Source of the DNA: Octopus vulgaris
Taxonomy: Eukaryota
Length of the DNA stretch: 64,000 nt
NCBI GenBank assembly: GCA_951406725.2
Contig: OX597832.1
Coordinates: 62,124,001-62,188,000 of the forward strand
Direction of reading: 5' to 3'
This document shows, in pieces, positions 28,460-41,406 of the stretch. Both the position numbers and the translations under genes were made by a program. Under the pieces are notes generated by a model. The model did no database searches and was not told the DNA's origin. It worked only from the letters and a program-made list of their open reading frames with translations. Within the stretch, counting starts at the first letter, position 1. Each line of letters begins with the position of its first letter.

Positions 28460-29702
28460 AATGAGGACATTAACTATACAATGTCCGATTTTGAACTGAA
28501 AGTATATTTTACTTTATCTCAGCGAAAAGCAATGCAGTTAATCAAAGTATGCACCTAAATTATCGACACAATTTTGCCATTTTATCGATAGCTTATTTAT
28601 GCCGACAGAGAATTTTGGAGAGCAAGAGGTGATGAAATCACAAAGTCTGATTTGCATCTTCTTCAGATTTGAAGTATTTTCCTTGCAAAATGTTGTCAAA
28701 TTCTCAGAAAACGTGATAGTTAGTTGGTGCAATGTCTGGTGAATATGGTGGATGACAGAGTACTTCCAAGTTCAGTTCCTGTAACTCGAATAGCATTCTT
28801 TGGGAAACATGTGGTCGAACATTGTCTTGCAAAAGAATAGGCCTGTCTCTATTGACCAATCTCGGTTGTTTAGTTGCAAGTTCATTCATCATTTCATCCA
28901 ATTGGTTGATGTATACATCCGCTGTAATTGACTTGCCGGGTCCCATGAAGCTGTAGTGGATGACACCAGCGCTGGACCATCAAATAGATACCATTAGCTT
29001 TTTTGGTGAATATTCATTTTTAGATTATGTTTTGGCACTTCGTCTCTATCCAAGCACCGTGCAGAACGCTTGCTATTATTGAAAACAAAATCCACTTTTC
29101 ATCACACGTAACAATACGATGCAAAAATGGTTCGTTTTTATACCGTGATAGCAAAAAATAGCAAGCTTCAAGGCGGCATGTCATTTGATGCCCGTTCAGT
29201 TCCTGTGGTACCCACTTGTCCAATTCTTTACCTTGCCGATCAGTTTCAAATGGTCCAACACAGCTAGAATCGAAAGATCAAACCTTGCTGCTAACTCGAG
29301 ATGTAAACGCTTCCATTAGTGTTGGTATCAGGTCTACCACAGGGCTGATTTTCAAGAGTAAAGATACCAGACCGAAACCTCTCAAACCATCAACATGCAC
29401 TCATTCGCAACATCTTCAACAAAGGCTTCGTTCATGTTTCGATCTGTCTGAGATGCATTGGTTCCACGGCGAAACTCATATTCATAAACAAAAATTTTTA
29501 ATCTATTCATAGGTTCACAAAAATTGATTTACAAGAGAAAATTCGCAATATAACCAGACATCATTAATTACATTTCGAAAAGAGATGACGTAACTCTTCA
29601 ATGTTGTGAAAAAAAAGAATTGTCAGGATGAAATATTAGAGTTAACGACTGTTAAACTTGGTGCATAAGAAAATAGGACACGTCGTTCTTAATGACCTGA
29701 TA
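28460..29702 (-). mobile_element. Mariner (DD34D-type) DNA transposon, pseudogenised
   Basis: Minus ORFs contain KWVPQEL, RIVTCDEKWI, LLQDNVRPH and HPPYSPDIAPTNYHVF. Length ~1.24 kb with degenerate TIRs (gaggacattaa..tgtccgatttt vs caggtcattaa..tgtcctatttt). Confidence 0.9.
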
Positions 29703-30568
29703 TTATATTTCAGAAAAGAAAATGCTAAAATGCCGTTGTTCGTTCTGCACGTTCCTAGTTAAAAATATAGAGTATTGTAGCGAAGAAGAAAGTACATTGG
29801 CCTTCGTTTATCAGTGACTGATTCATCACTGACCTAGCATAACATAGTACACTCAATTGTGTACCATGTTAGACTTGTTATGAACTGCTCTGGGATCACA
29901 CGGGTCGGCGATAGGTTAAAGTTTCTTTCTTGGGCCGCAAAAGAAGCACGCTCCAGGAACCATCCTCAGCGCTCAGTTACTCGCACTGCATTGACTATCA
30001 CTCGTGTTCATATCAATGTGCTGCGCGTTTATGTATTTGTTATGAGGATTTATGTGGACGTAAAGCAAATACGATGTAGACTCCTAATCGTTATGATACA
30101 TTTTTGTTATATCTTTATGATTTACTGATCATATGTTATTAATTTTTATTCCAAATATGCTAAATAACATTCTAAATAGTATTTTCAACCCAATTTTTAC
30201 ATGCTATTACTAATAGTTTTATATGTACTTCGAGATCCAATTCCAAAACAGAATCATTAGAAGTGTCTAGAAACTGTTTGATGTTATTTGGGTAAGTTAC
30301 GGGTCAACTAGGGGCCTGGGGAACGAAATATATTTTCGCTATATATTCTGTTATTCATTTATCAATGATTCACTGAACATACTGTAGAGTTTTTTTTTAT
30401 TATTTAGAGCCTAGCACACGTGATAATCGAGGATAGACGTATTTAACAGAGCACTGCGCAGTGTTCTCGGTGGCGAGCGGTGTTCTCGGAAGTGTGCAGT
30501 GTTCTCGGAATACCGATAAAACCGAGCGTGTTACATACGATCTATTCCAGTGTGATTACATTAATTTA

Positions 30569-30838
30569 AGCGCGGAAGGTGTTTATAAGTCATTTAAGAA
30601 ACACACAAAAACCGTTAGATTCACTTCAACATTTCAATTTAATTTGCTGCCAAAATATTTTCGTCGCTTTGAGACCGCAACCTGTTCACTGACAAAATTC
30701 CGTGCTGCATTTTGTCAGTGAACAGGTCGCGGTCTCAAAGCGACGAAAATATTTTGGCAGCAAATTAAATTGAAATGTTGAAGTGAATCTAACGGTTTTT
30801 GTGTGTTTCTTAAATGACTTATAAACACCTTCCACGCT
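30569..30838. repeat. Near-perfect 130-bp-arm palindrome containing an HHR motif on each strand
   Basis: Arms 30569-30698 and 30709-30838, 10-nt loop, two mismatches seen. Confidence 0.95.
30712..30760 (+). ncRNA. Putative minimal type-I hammerhead ribozyme, G3:C8 variant
   Basis: Stem I ttgtca/tggcag; core gtgaaca+g; stem II gtcgc/gcgac; gaaa; palindromic atat; predicted UUU cleavage site. Confidence 0.65.
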
Positions 30839-31344
30839 GCAATAGTTTTCGTTCCAGCATACGATCTCAGATCAGATCACTTGCTATGCAAGTACATCTC
30901 CGTAATATATTAATTTTCTTTTCTATTTAATTCCTTTTGTTTCCTCCGATATAAAAAGAAAGAGAAACGGATATAGAAGATAGAAATAGGAGGGAAAACT
31001 ATTGGGCAATGTCATTATTCAGTGTGGGCCGAAATTCACACAAAATAAGTTCAATACTCTCCGTAATGTCTCTCCGTAACGATGAATTCACATGTACTTG
31101 TATATGACGAAGAAATGGATAATGATAATCTGTTCTAGTAAAAGTACACGGCCTGATATTTGGCGGGAGCGGGGACTAGTCTATTACATTGACCCCAGTG
31201 TGACAATGGTACTTAATTTATCGACCCCGAAAGGATGAAAGGCAAAGACGACTTGGGCGGAATTTGAACTCAGAACGTAGAGACGGACGAAATGCCGCTA
31301 AAGCATTTTGCGCGGTGTGCTAACGTTTCTGCTAGCTCGCCGCC

Positions 31345-31422
<78 letters not shown>

Positions 31423-32004
31423 GTGGCTTCAAATTTTGTCACAAGGGCAGCAGTTTGTGGGGAGGGGGAGTCGATTACATCGACCCCGGTGCCTGAATTT
31501 TAGGCCCAGCCTAAAGATTTGGCGAATTAGTCAATATTCTAATTGGCATATTTTTGCTGTGGTGATTCGTCATTTACTAAAAATATTTATTTTGTGCACA
31601 GGAGAAAATACAATAAAGAAAAAAAAAACTCAATGAAATTAACCCTTTTGACCGCCTCACTGTGGGCAAAACAAAAATGTAAGTACGTTCTCTACTGCTG
31701 GTCTGTTCGTAAATAATCTTTTTATCAAACCCTGACAGAAGGAAAGACAGAGTTGATACTCTCCAGGATTCGAACGCACAAATAAATAACAAATAATGTT
31801 GCTTCTATAAATTTTGGTTTTCTTTTTGTTATCCATCATCCTTCATTGATCCAGTATTGATTGGCAATTCTGGCGTTCGATGACGACAGAAATAACAATG
31901 GTGACGGTAAAGAACTACTTGGGCTGTGTTCTCCAATTTTCCTAAATGAGAAAACAAATTGTTACCACTCCTATCCGATTTGATCAAAACATATCATTTG
32001 AAAA

Positions 32005-32029
32005 TCATTATCATCATTATCATCATTAC

Positions 32030-32088
<59 letters not shown>

Positions 32089-32529
32089 CCATCATCATCA
32101 ACATCATCATCATTATTGCTATTATTATTTTCGTTGTTGTTATTGACGTTGTTGGCAGTAGTGGTGATTGTGATGGAGGTAGTGGTGGTACTGGTGGTGT
32201 TGCTGGTGGTGGTGATGTTGCTGATGGTTGTGGTAGTGGTGGTGGCGGTGATGAAGTTATTACCATTAATATCATTATTATCATTATTATTATCATCATC
32301 ATCATCATAATCATATCATTCTACTCGCTTTTGCTGTTGGTGGTGGTGCTGCTGCTGCTGATGATGATGGTGGTGAGGGTGGGGGCCCTGGTGTTGTTGA
32401 TGTTCTTGTCATTATCATCATCATTATCATCATGGTCATCATCATCATCATCATCACCAACTTCAAAACGTTGTCACATTCCACGCACTTGATAGTCTCG
32501 TCGCAAAAAATAATTATTACGATTGTTGC

Positions 32530-32575
<46 letters not shown>

Positions 32576-32672
32576 ATTATTATTATTATTATTATTATCA
32601 TTATTATCATTATAATTATTAAAATTATTATCGCTATTATTACTATTGTTATTATAATTATTATCATTATTA

Positions 32673-32709
<37 letters not shown>

Positions 32710-32809
32710 TATTACTATCATCATTATTATCATTATTATTTTTAATATTATTACTACTATTTTTACTATTGTTTTTATTATTATTATCATCATTATTATC
32801 ATTATTATA

Positions 32810-32840
<31 letters not shown>

Positions 32841-32939
32841 TACTGTTTTTGTTGTTCTCGTTGGTAATATTGTTAATGCTGCTGCTATTACAGTTATTAG
32901 CATCATCATCCTCGTAATAAATGCAGCAGCAGTAGCTTC

Positions 32940-33010
<71 letters not shown>
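32005..33010. repeat. (CAT)n, (GGT)n, (ATT)n and (TAG)n trinucleotide arrays
   Basis: Direct inspection. Confidence 0.95.
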
Positions 33011-33013
<3 letters not shown>

Positions 33014-33417
33014 GAGGAGTAGTCTGGTGGTTGCTTGTGTTGTTGTTAGTGCTGTTGTTATTGCCCGTTTCTTCAATCATAGAAGTAATTAGATTTGATA
33101 ACCGCCAACTGCTGAGACGTAGCGATCTGTTATTTCCTCACTTGAAAGAATCATGAGACAGGAAAAGAAAGAAAAAAAAAAGAAAGAGAAAAGATAGTGG
33201 GAGGGGAGAGTGAGGCAAGAAGAAGAAGAAGAAGAAGAAGAAGAAGAGGTGGTAGAATGGGTGTGCTTGATCCTACGTCCGTCCTTAATGATGCTCTATG
33301 GAGTTTTGTTTACGTTCAGATTGCGACCCTATCATAACAGCACAGTGTTTATTGTGGACCAAGAATTAAGTAAACAATCTTTTGCATTCAAATACATAGA
33401 ACAAATATATATATATG

Positions 33418-33512
<95 letters not shown>

Positions 33513-33513
<1 letters not shown>

Positions 33514-34386
33514 TAGCATTAAAGACCCGTCGTTGCCGAGTCATAGTGCTAGTGCATGTATATATGTGTATATATATGTGTACATATTACATGTACATCT
33601 ATATATATATACATCTACACATAAAATGCAAAATACAAAGTTATATCTTGATACCGCTAGTGATAACAATACTCAAAATATATAACAGACTGGAATTGTT
33701 AGCTCCTCTTTTTCTCTACATTGTATACTTTATAGACAATAGTCTTTTCTTTAATTTAATTTTTTATTATCCATCTGGACTATTCCATTTTTGCACGCTA
33801 ATTTTTAAAAAATTTATTCCCATTCATGTGAAATCACTTATTCAAGTTCAAATCATTGATGCAATTTTATACCAATTGTTATTTTTACTTTTGTTATATT
33901 ACGATTATATTATACTTTAGTTTGATTTTAATTATAACTTACTACATGATTCAATTGTTATTTTTATTTTTATTGTTAAAGTGGAAGCATCTGACATAAA
34001 ATAGAGAAATATTTTTGTTTCACTTTTAACACGTAATACTGAAATAGTGGAGAAGATATGATATTGCTATGGGCTCGCTCTAGGCAAGAAGTTTAACATT
34101 TTTTGCCCATGAAACTACATGGACCCTAAGTAAGGCATGTGTAAAATTTGAATGAAATTGGTTGTGTAGTTCTCAAGTTTTAGGGAATCGTAGTGGAGAA
34201 GATATGATATTGCTGTGGGCTCGCCCTAGGCTAAAAGTTAAAATTTTTGTGACGATGACACTCCCCGGACCCTAAGTAAGGCATGTGTAAAATTTGAATG
34301 AAATTGGTTGTTGTTCTCAAGTTTTAGGGAAACACACAGACAGACAGACAGACAGACACACATTCTCAGTTTTATATATATAAAGA
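33513..34386 (-). mobile_element. Non-autonomous Helitron
   Basis: Minus strand starts TC (34386) followed by (GTCT)n and ends CTAG (33513). Subterminal hairpin gacccgtcgttgccgagtc (33524-33542); inserted between A and T; internal 146-bp tandem repeat (34045/34191). Confidence 0.8.
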
Positions 34387-34408
34387 TATATATACATATA
34401 TCTATATG

Positions 34409-34448
<40 letters not shown>

Positions 34449-34455
34449 TGTTATA

Positions 34456-35714
34456 TTGGGGGCAGCCATCGGTATTAGTATCGCTGGTGATGTGGCCAAC
34501 CTCTTCATGGTATGGTGGGACAGAAGGCTTAAAGAATGCCTACTGCAGAAATCCATACTCGTAAACATGTACTCTCGCTATGTTGATGATATCAATATAG
34601 TAGTAAAGGCACCCCCACAAGAGAGTACTGTTGATATAGTAATAGAAACTAATACTATGGAGAGCATCCAGCAAATAGCTAACTCCATCCACCAGAGTAT
34701 TAAGGTCACAATAGACTACCCCACTAAACACCCCAACCATAGACTACCAGTACTAGACACTGAACTCTGGCTAGAAATTGTGAAAAATAAAACCCAAATC
34801 CTTCATTCATACTATGCAAAACCTATGGCCTCAAAATACCTGATCCACTGGAACTCAGCCATTGCGGGCAATGCCAAATTCAATATTTTGATGGCAGACC
34901 TCGTCAGAATAATGAGAAATGTGTCACGCATGTGCGAGCCTACAGAATTAAAGAGACACATACAGTATTTCATTCACCGCATGCAGTTCTCAGGTTACAG
35001 CCATAAAGAAAGGATCAGAGTATACAAAGGAGCCATGAAGAAATTTGATAATATATTATGTAATGATAGGAATGGGATTTGCCCACTCTATAGGAACAAG
35101 TCATGGAACACTATAGAAAGGACAAAAAGAAAATAGGGAAGGCCAACTCTTGGTATGATAGCCATAAATACCAGAGTGTCATGTTCGTTGACACCACCCC
35201 TGGAGGTGAACTAGCGTACCGCTTTAGAAGGACCCTAGATAAACTTAAACTAAGAATTAAGGTTGTTGAAAAGCCAGGCAACCCTATCAGATCTATAATT
35301 GGTAGAAGCTATCCTTTTAGTAGAACTCTCTGTACGGATAACTATTGCACTGTATGTAGATTTAGCCCACAAACGAACTGTAAAGCCAGAAATGTGGTCT
35401 ATAGTATAAGATGCATAGAGGGACGATGCAGTAACAAGACAGTAACATACGTAGGGGAAACTGCAAGAAGCATTGGTGAGCGGGTGAATGAACATTGGAG
35501 ACAACTCAAGGAAGGTAAAAGCTCATCGATTCTGTACCAACACGCCGAACAAGAACACGGGGGATCAATCAATAACATAGAGATTAAGATATTGTCCACA
35601 CATAGAACAGATGCAACAATTAGACAAATTACAGAAGCTACACATATAATAGAAAATAAACCTAGCCTGAATAGAAAACTAGAATGGAGCAATAGCGCAC
35701 ACCACAACATATGA
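34456..35714 (+). pseudogene. PLE reverse transcriptase (34456-35136) + Cys-rich linker and GIY-YIG endonuclease (35103-35714), split by one frameshift
   Basis: GAAIG..AG.VANLFM, YSRYVDDI, LPVLD; CTDNYCTVC; NVVYSIRC...[16 protein letters not shown]; RQITEA..I....PSLN. Confidence 0.9.
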
Positions 35715-36221
35715 CAATAGTGGATCCTGCAAACATAATAAATACACAGGTAATTAAAGAAATAGAAATGAATATCTATATATATGTGTATGTGTATATA
35801 TATGTATATGTATATGTGTATATATGTCTGTATATATGTATATATATATATGTATATGTATATGTATGTATATATATGTATATGTATATTCTTTTTTTTT
35901 TTTTTTTCGATTAGATTTATTATTATTATTACTAATATTGTTGTTATACATACATACAAGCATATGTAATGATAATAATGGGCGGATGTAAACACATGAA
36001 CAAAATTAGAACAAAAGCAACAACAACAAAAACAAAATACAAATTACAAGAATGTATATAACCAGAAGATACAAATATTACAGGTATCCCCCCCACACAC
36101 ACACTAAATAAACATAGACGCACATAGAGATATAAGCATGCGCAAATGAAGACATACAATAGAAATACAAAATGGCTGACGGTTAGTAAGGAGAGACACA
36201 AGTAAGTGAGAAGAAAACAAA

Positions 36222-36266
36222 GGACCACTGATGCGGTCACAGGAGTGTGACGAAAGAACTTTGGCC
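36222..36266 (+). ncRNA. HHR motif in the Penelope pLTR (A9 mutated in this copy)
   Basis: ggacca-ctgatgc-g-gtcac/gtgac-gaaa-g-aa-c-tt-tggcc; the sister copy at ~45905-45953 (-) has canonical ctgaaga-g-gtcac. Confidence 0.65.
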
Positions 36267-36441
36267 GAAATAAGATTAAGATTAATGTAAAAAATAAATA
36301 TCACTGAAGCAAAATAACACCAAATATATAGTGCGTGTGTTTTTATTGGCTAAACTGGCAATATGACCATTCCGAAATATAACAATATCTGTTTCAACAC
36401 ACGACTTCACATAAAAAATCTTGCACAACAAATATTTAAAC

Positions 36442-36500
<59 letters not shown>

Positions 36501-36526
36501 CATATATATGTATATATTTATATAAG

Positions 36527-37011
36527 AATAATATTAAGGAATATTACTCGAAACATACTGGGAAAATTAAATTTAGTATTAAATCAAATTTCACAATATA
36601 AATATATAATATATATAAATTAGAGAAAAACCATTATTATTTAATTCAAACAATGATAGACATAAGCCAAATCATATAAAAGAAATAAAATATATGATAA
36701 AACATATATTTAGATCACAAAAAGTACATAATAATAAGTAAACAATATATAATAAGTAAAAAGAATACGTACGTTTCGTGGCTATAAATTCACTTCAATT
36801 CGAATTCGAATTAAATTTAAATTTAACTGTAATTCGAACTGAAGTTATAGCCACGAAACGTACGTAGTCTTTTTACTCATTATATAGTGTTTACTTATTA
36901 TTATGTACTTTTTCAGATGTAGATATATTTTTTCATATATTTTATTTGTCTATACGATATGGTTTATGTCTATCATTGTTTGTATTACATAACAGTGGTT
37001 TTTCTCTAATT

Positions 37012-37013
<2 letters not shown>
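36527..37013 (-). mobile_element. Fold-back pLTR-type element, same family as 10395-11160
   Basis: 36616-~36810 inverted against ~36820-37013; both arms carry the HHR 3' half gccacgaaacgtacgta. Confidence 0.8.
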
Positions 37014-37082
<69 letters not shown>

Positions 37083-37354
37083 GCATGTATATAATTTAAT
37101 AAACTGAAGTTAAGCAGTATTCAATTATCCTTTCACCCACTACAGAAGACTCCTGGAACTATTACTACCACTGGATTGCACAGAGTGAAATATGAAGGTG
37201 GACAAGCTTTATACTGTACTCTGTTACGTTCTTAACAGAATATAAACTATGTATGTATAGATATGTATATACCTCTCTATATATATTAATGTATACACGC
37301 TCGTATGTATCTATGTGTGTATATACATATGTATATATACATGTGTGTGTGTAT

Positions 37355-37610
37355 GTGTATTTGTTTGTAAAATGTAATTTGTTACTCCTAAATGTAACGT
37401 GGACTTTTGGCGATTTTTTCATCCCTCTTCCTTTTCTCTTGGAGTTACCCCTGTCTCCTGTTTTTGAAGAAGAGCTTTGCTCGAAACGTAAAACAACCAA
37501 TCTTTCTTTCCATACGTGAGCGTCTTATTAAAACTTTGCACGTAACACGTCCTCGCGTATTTGTTTTTTTCTTGCTATCTTTTCTTCAACGTAATTTTTT
37601 TATTGATTAT
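37355..37610 (+). mobile_element. Short HHR-bearing pLTR-like element
   Basis: 37459-37495: tgttt-ttgaaga-a-gagc/gctc-gaaa-cg-ta-aaaca. Confidence 0.65.
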
Positions 37611-38269
37611 ATATATATACATTGCTTCTAATATAAGTATATGCGTGTATGTTCGCCTGCGTCCACGTGTGTGTGTATCTATATGTATATACCTCTCTCT
37701 ATATATTAATGTATACACGCTAGCGCGCACACACTTTCACACACAGTCATACAGGCGCGTGTACACGAACACAAATGGGTACATTTTATCGAATGAGTCC
37801 ATCTTTTTGTTAAAAGTTGCATGTCGTTTGAGGGAGATTCGACTTGTAGCTAATTGAATGACGGCGCAGAGGATTGTTCGTTCTGATGCCATAGACAACA
37901 ATGGTTTCTTTTCTTTCTGCAGTAAAACGATATCATGGAATGAAATTCAGATATATTGCTTTATAATTATTGTCACAATTCCAGCAATTTTTGATCGACC
38001 CAGTGATCAATTGGTTCTTATTTCATCGATCCCGAAAGGTTGAACATCAAAGTTGGGCTCGGCGGATTTTGAACTCAGAACGTAAAGATGGACGAAACGC
38101 CTTTTGTCGGTACTACTCAGGTACATGGCACTAGTCAAATCAAATTCCGGTACTGTTGTTATAATGATAGTTGTGACCTTTTAATGATTTTTATCTAACG
38201 AAATCGGTTGTGTCTATGGTGTTGCAGAGCGGCCAGGATCGGTGTAGTCGACTCGGTTGATGTTTTATT

Positions 38270-38490
38270 GTGAATGTTTACGTTTACAATTTTGTTTACA
38301 AATTTGCTTTCCAGGATTCTTGATGTGAAATCGTGTGTTGAAACAGGTATTGTTATATTAAGGGATGGTCTTCTTCATTGTTTTATTTTATCTTATGTCC
38401 ATTGTCTGGAAATCTTTCATCAAACACCTGTGATATGTTCAGCGACTCTTCCATCCGACATGTGTCCTCTTCTGTGCATTCCATTTCATA
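38270..38490 (-). mobile_element. Solo pLTR related to the Penelope 3' end at 36170-36445
   Basis: 'gtgaaatcgtgtgttgaaacaggtattgttata' is the reverse complement of ~36378-36411; degenerate HHR ctgaaca-t-atcac..ttgat-gaaa. Confidence 0.7.
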
Positions 38491-39439
38491 TCTGCACAAA
38501 GAGTAATTCCAAGAAATTGGATTTCGAGCGAGTGATATACTGATAGATTCAACTTGGCAAATTGATCCATACGCTGCCTTGCAGTGGACCGACATTTTGA
38601 AAGATAATAGGAAGAAATGTGACGAGCCTCTATGTAAGAGTGAGCAAGAAATCCATTAATTCTGATGAAACAGTGACTGATGAAGTAGCGGAAGATAAAG
38701 CGGTGGGGGGGACAGGCGGAGCTCAACATTGAGTCAGAGGTGGATATATGTTGCTGAAAGTATTCATATCCATCAGTCGTGTAGCAGTTTATTATTGGAT
38801 GAATCTTTGCCATTTCATGAGATCTGCTTTGTACTAGTCCCAAGCAAGTACTACGCCCACTCATTATCTCGACTAGCTAGAAATAGGAAATAAATCTTCA
38901 TTAACTCTTACTAAAATGGCATGCCATATTGGAAAATGTAGCTCGCTGACAACAAGGGAAGGTCTGAGAAAGAACATTAATCAAATGGGCTTAAATGGAG
39001 TCTATTGGTATGAGACGTCCTAGCAACTATTTAGTTGGACTTTTCTTGATGAATATATCGTTTCATAAAGGGAATTTAGTGTTGAATCTAGAGGCACAAA
39101 CAATTACAACACTTGCATGGTAAATTGCCTAGCAAGAAATAGGGAACAAATATCCCTAAAATAATACCTTAAAACCATAAGAAAAAAATAGAGAAATAAA
39201 ATTGTACGCGGTACAATATGGACGTCGATATAGAGGTAATAAAACAGGTTGGTAATGGCAAGAACATTTTTCATTAAATATTTGCTCGATCGAGATTCAC
39301 TCAAATCTAATGAATGACATCGTCAAATAAAGTAGTAAATTCATTTATGACCTCACTGCCTCGAAAGTGTTAAATATGCAAATTGCTCTGTCTAATATTA
39401 GTGAATTTGTAAGTAAAGATTTGTGGATAGTTAAAGGTC

Positions 39440-40420
39440 AGACAAAGCTGTTGCCGAAGATCCCCAAAAGATTAGAAACGTACATACAAGCGTCGTTCCT
39501 GTTCTTTTATATTGTCTGTAAACATACTATAAAAATGAATTGTTTACAGTCGTTGTAACACCTAGTATTGACTAAAAAAAGAACCCTATCGATATGTTCT
39601 TTGGTGGGTGTATTTTTTGTGTGTTTGAGCAGAGTAAAATTTGTTGTCGTCTACTGACGATTTCTTCCAAAGGTGACAACACTCGTCCACCCTTTTTATG
39701 TTTATACATCTGTTGTAAACACGAGTCATTTATCACAGTTCTGGTAAGACACGGTGCTGATAAACAAATGTAAAGCTATGTTCAATAGAAAAAAAAAACA
39801 TTGCAAAGATTTATTGATTTCATTCCCCGTGTGTTTAAAGGCTGTGCAGAGCTGCTCTTGCTACCGAAGTTTGGAAATAAGTGCCGAAACGTACGTACAG
39901 TCGTTTTCACTATTTCTGTCGCCACACGTATAGTAAAGATGAATTATTTATTACAATCGTCATAAGACAGTGCTGGCTAATAAATAGATATAGTCATTAG
40001 TGTGCTAATAACCTCTGCCTTTAAGGCAGCTAGTTGTCAGAATCGTTAGCACGCCGGTTGAAATGCGAAGTGGTATTTTGTCTGGCTTTACATTCTGAGT
40101 TCCGCCGAGATCGACTTTGCCTTTCATCCTTTCGAGGTTGATAAATTAAGCACCAGTTGCGTACTGGGGTCTACCTAATCGACTGGCCCCCTCACCCAAA
40201 ATTTCGGGCCTTGTACCTAGAGTAGAGAAGAATAACCTCAGCGTTTGTTGAGAGTTAAAGTTGATGCGCTGCAACTGACAAAGATTTCAAAACGTGTCGT
40301 AACGTACATACTGCTCTCGCATCTTTTTGTTTCCTTACACGTATTATAAAGATGAATTGTACGTTATATAAGTCGTGACACACAGTGTTGCTTTTAAAAA
40401 TACTTAAAACCTGAAGACAT
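39440..40420 (+). repeat. Decayed ~200-bp tandem array, each unit with an HHR-like motif (retrozyme or tandem-pLTR-like)
   Basis: Cores at 39454, 39654, 39864 and 40275; shared downstream 'taaa(g/a)atgaatt...ac(a/g)gtg(c/t)tg' block. Confidence 0.6.
40023..40230 (+). mobile_element. SINE family A insertion with 16-bp target-site duplication
   Basis: TSD aataacctctgccttt (40007-40022) / aataacctcagcgttt (40231-40246). Confidence 0.9.
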
Positions 40421-41375
40421 ATTTATTCTATAGTACATTATATCAATGAAATAAAACATTGCTAACACACCAGTAATTTAATAAGAATATAGACTAGTGA
40501 AACTAACTTTCGCTTGCAGCTATGTTATTTTTAGTTAACATTTTAATTCTCTTTGGTTTCAAATATGTTAACACTAAATTTACTAAATTTACTAAATTTA
40601 TACAGCTTTTAGTCTGGAAGCTTATTGTTTCTGTCGATTTAGCATTCTTGCTTTCTAACTTCAACATCAAATTAAATGTTGGAAATAGAGATAAAAAAAA
40701 ATAATGCCATCTATTTGAAATGGAAAAAAAATTTAAGGGAAAAATAGAGAAAATAAATAACTTTTTTTCTTTTCCTAACAAATAAGTGATAACACGATAC
40801 GATCTCTATTGGCCATTGACAAAATTGATGAAGCGTTAAATTTGATATATCAAACGTAAGGTATTGTTTGAGGGTGACCTGTCTGCTCTGTGAAAGTCTC
40901 ATTATAAATAAAGATTTCCAGCTGGAAGAAGATAGTTTTAGTAGCTCAGACAACAAAAATAATGCGAACAACATTTGCGAATGAAGTTTTGTTCTATTCA
41001 AATGAATTTTGTTTTATTTATTTTGATGTGATATTTCAATTATTTAGTTTTATTTTCGAGACTAAATTTCATGTTCAATTGTAGTTTGATAATTTATACA
41101 AATAACTTGAATTATGTTTCTATTCCATTCAAATTCGAATGGCAATCGTTGCTTTCCTCCCGTGGCTTATAAAGAATACGTTATTATCATTATTAAAAGA
41201 TATCATTATCATTATTATTATAAAAGAAAACATTATCACCATCATCATCATCAACATCATCATCATCATCCACATCATAAGTATTATTGTTAGATTTTAT
41301 ATTATGAACTTCATCACTAGTCTTCTTCTTCTTCTTCTTCTTCTTCTTCTTCTTCTTCTTCTTCTTCTTCTTCTT

Positions 41376-41406
<31 letters not shown>

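Larger units (their letters stand above)
34450..36445 (+). mobile_element. Penelope-like retroelement, 5'-truncated, C-terminal GIY-YIG type, with 3' pLTR; flanked by (TA)n
   Basis: RT and endonuclease ORFs followed by a non-coding tail with an HHR motif at 36222-36266. Confidence 0.9.

Noticed and set aside
30450-30510. Three short gtgttctcgg repeats resembling a mini CRISPR array
   Set aside because: 10-bp repeats with ~9-bp spacers in a eukaryotic context with no cas genes; a simple minisatellite
35103-35136. Programmed frameshift or selenocysteine recoding in the PLE ORF
   Set aside because: PLEs normally have a single ORF; the stop is TAG after an A-rich run, which fits a 1-nt indel or sequencing error. 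The terminal TGA at 35712 is followed by TAG two codons later
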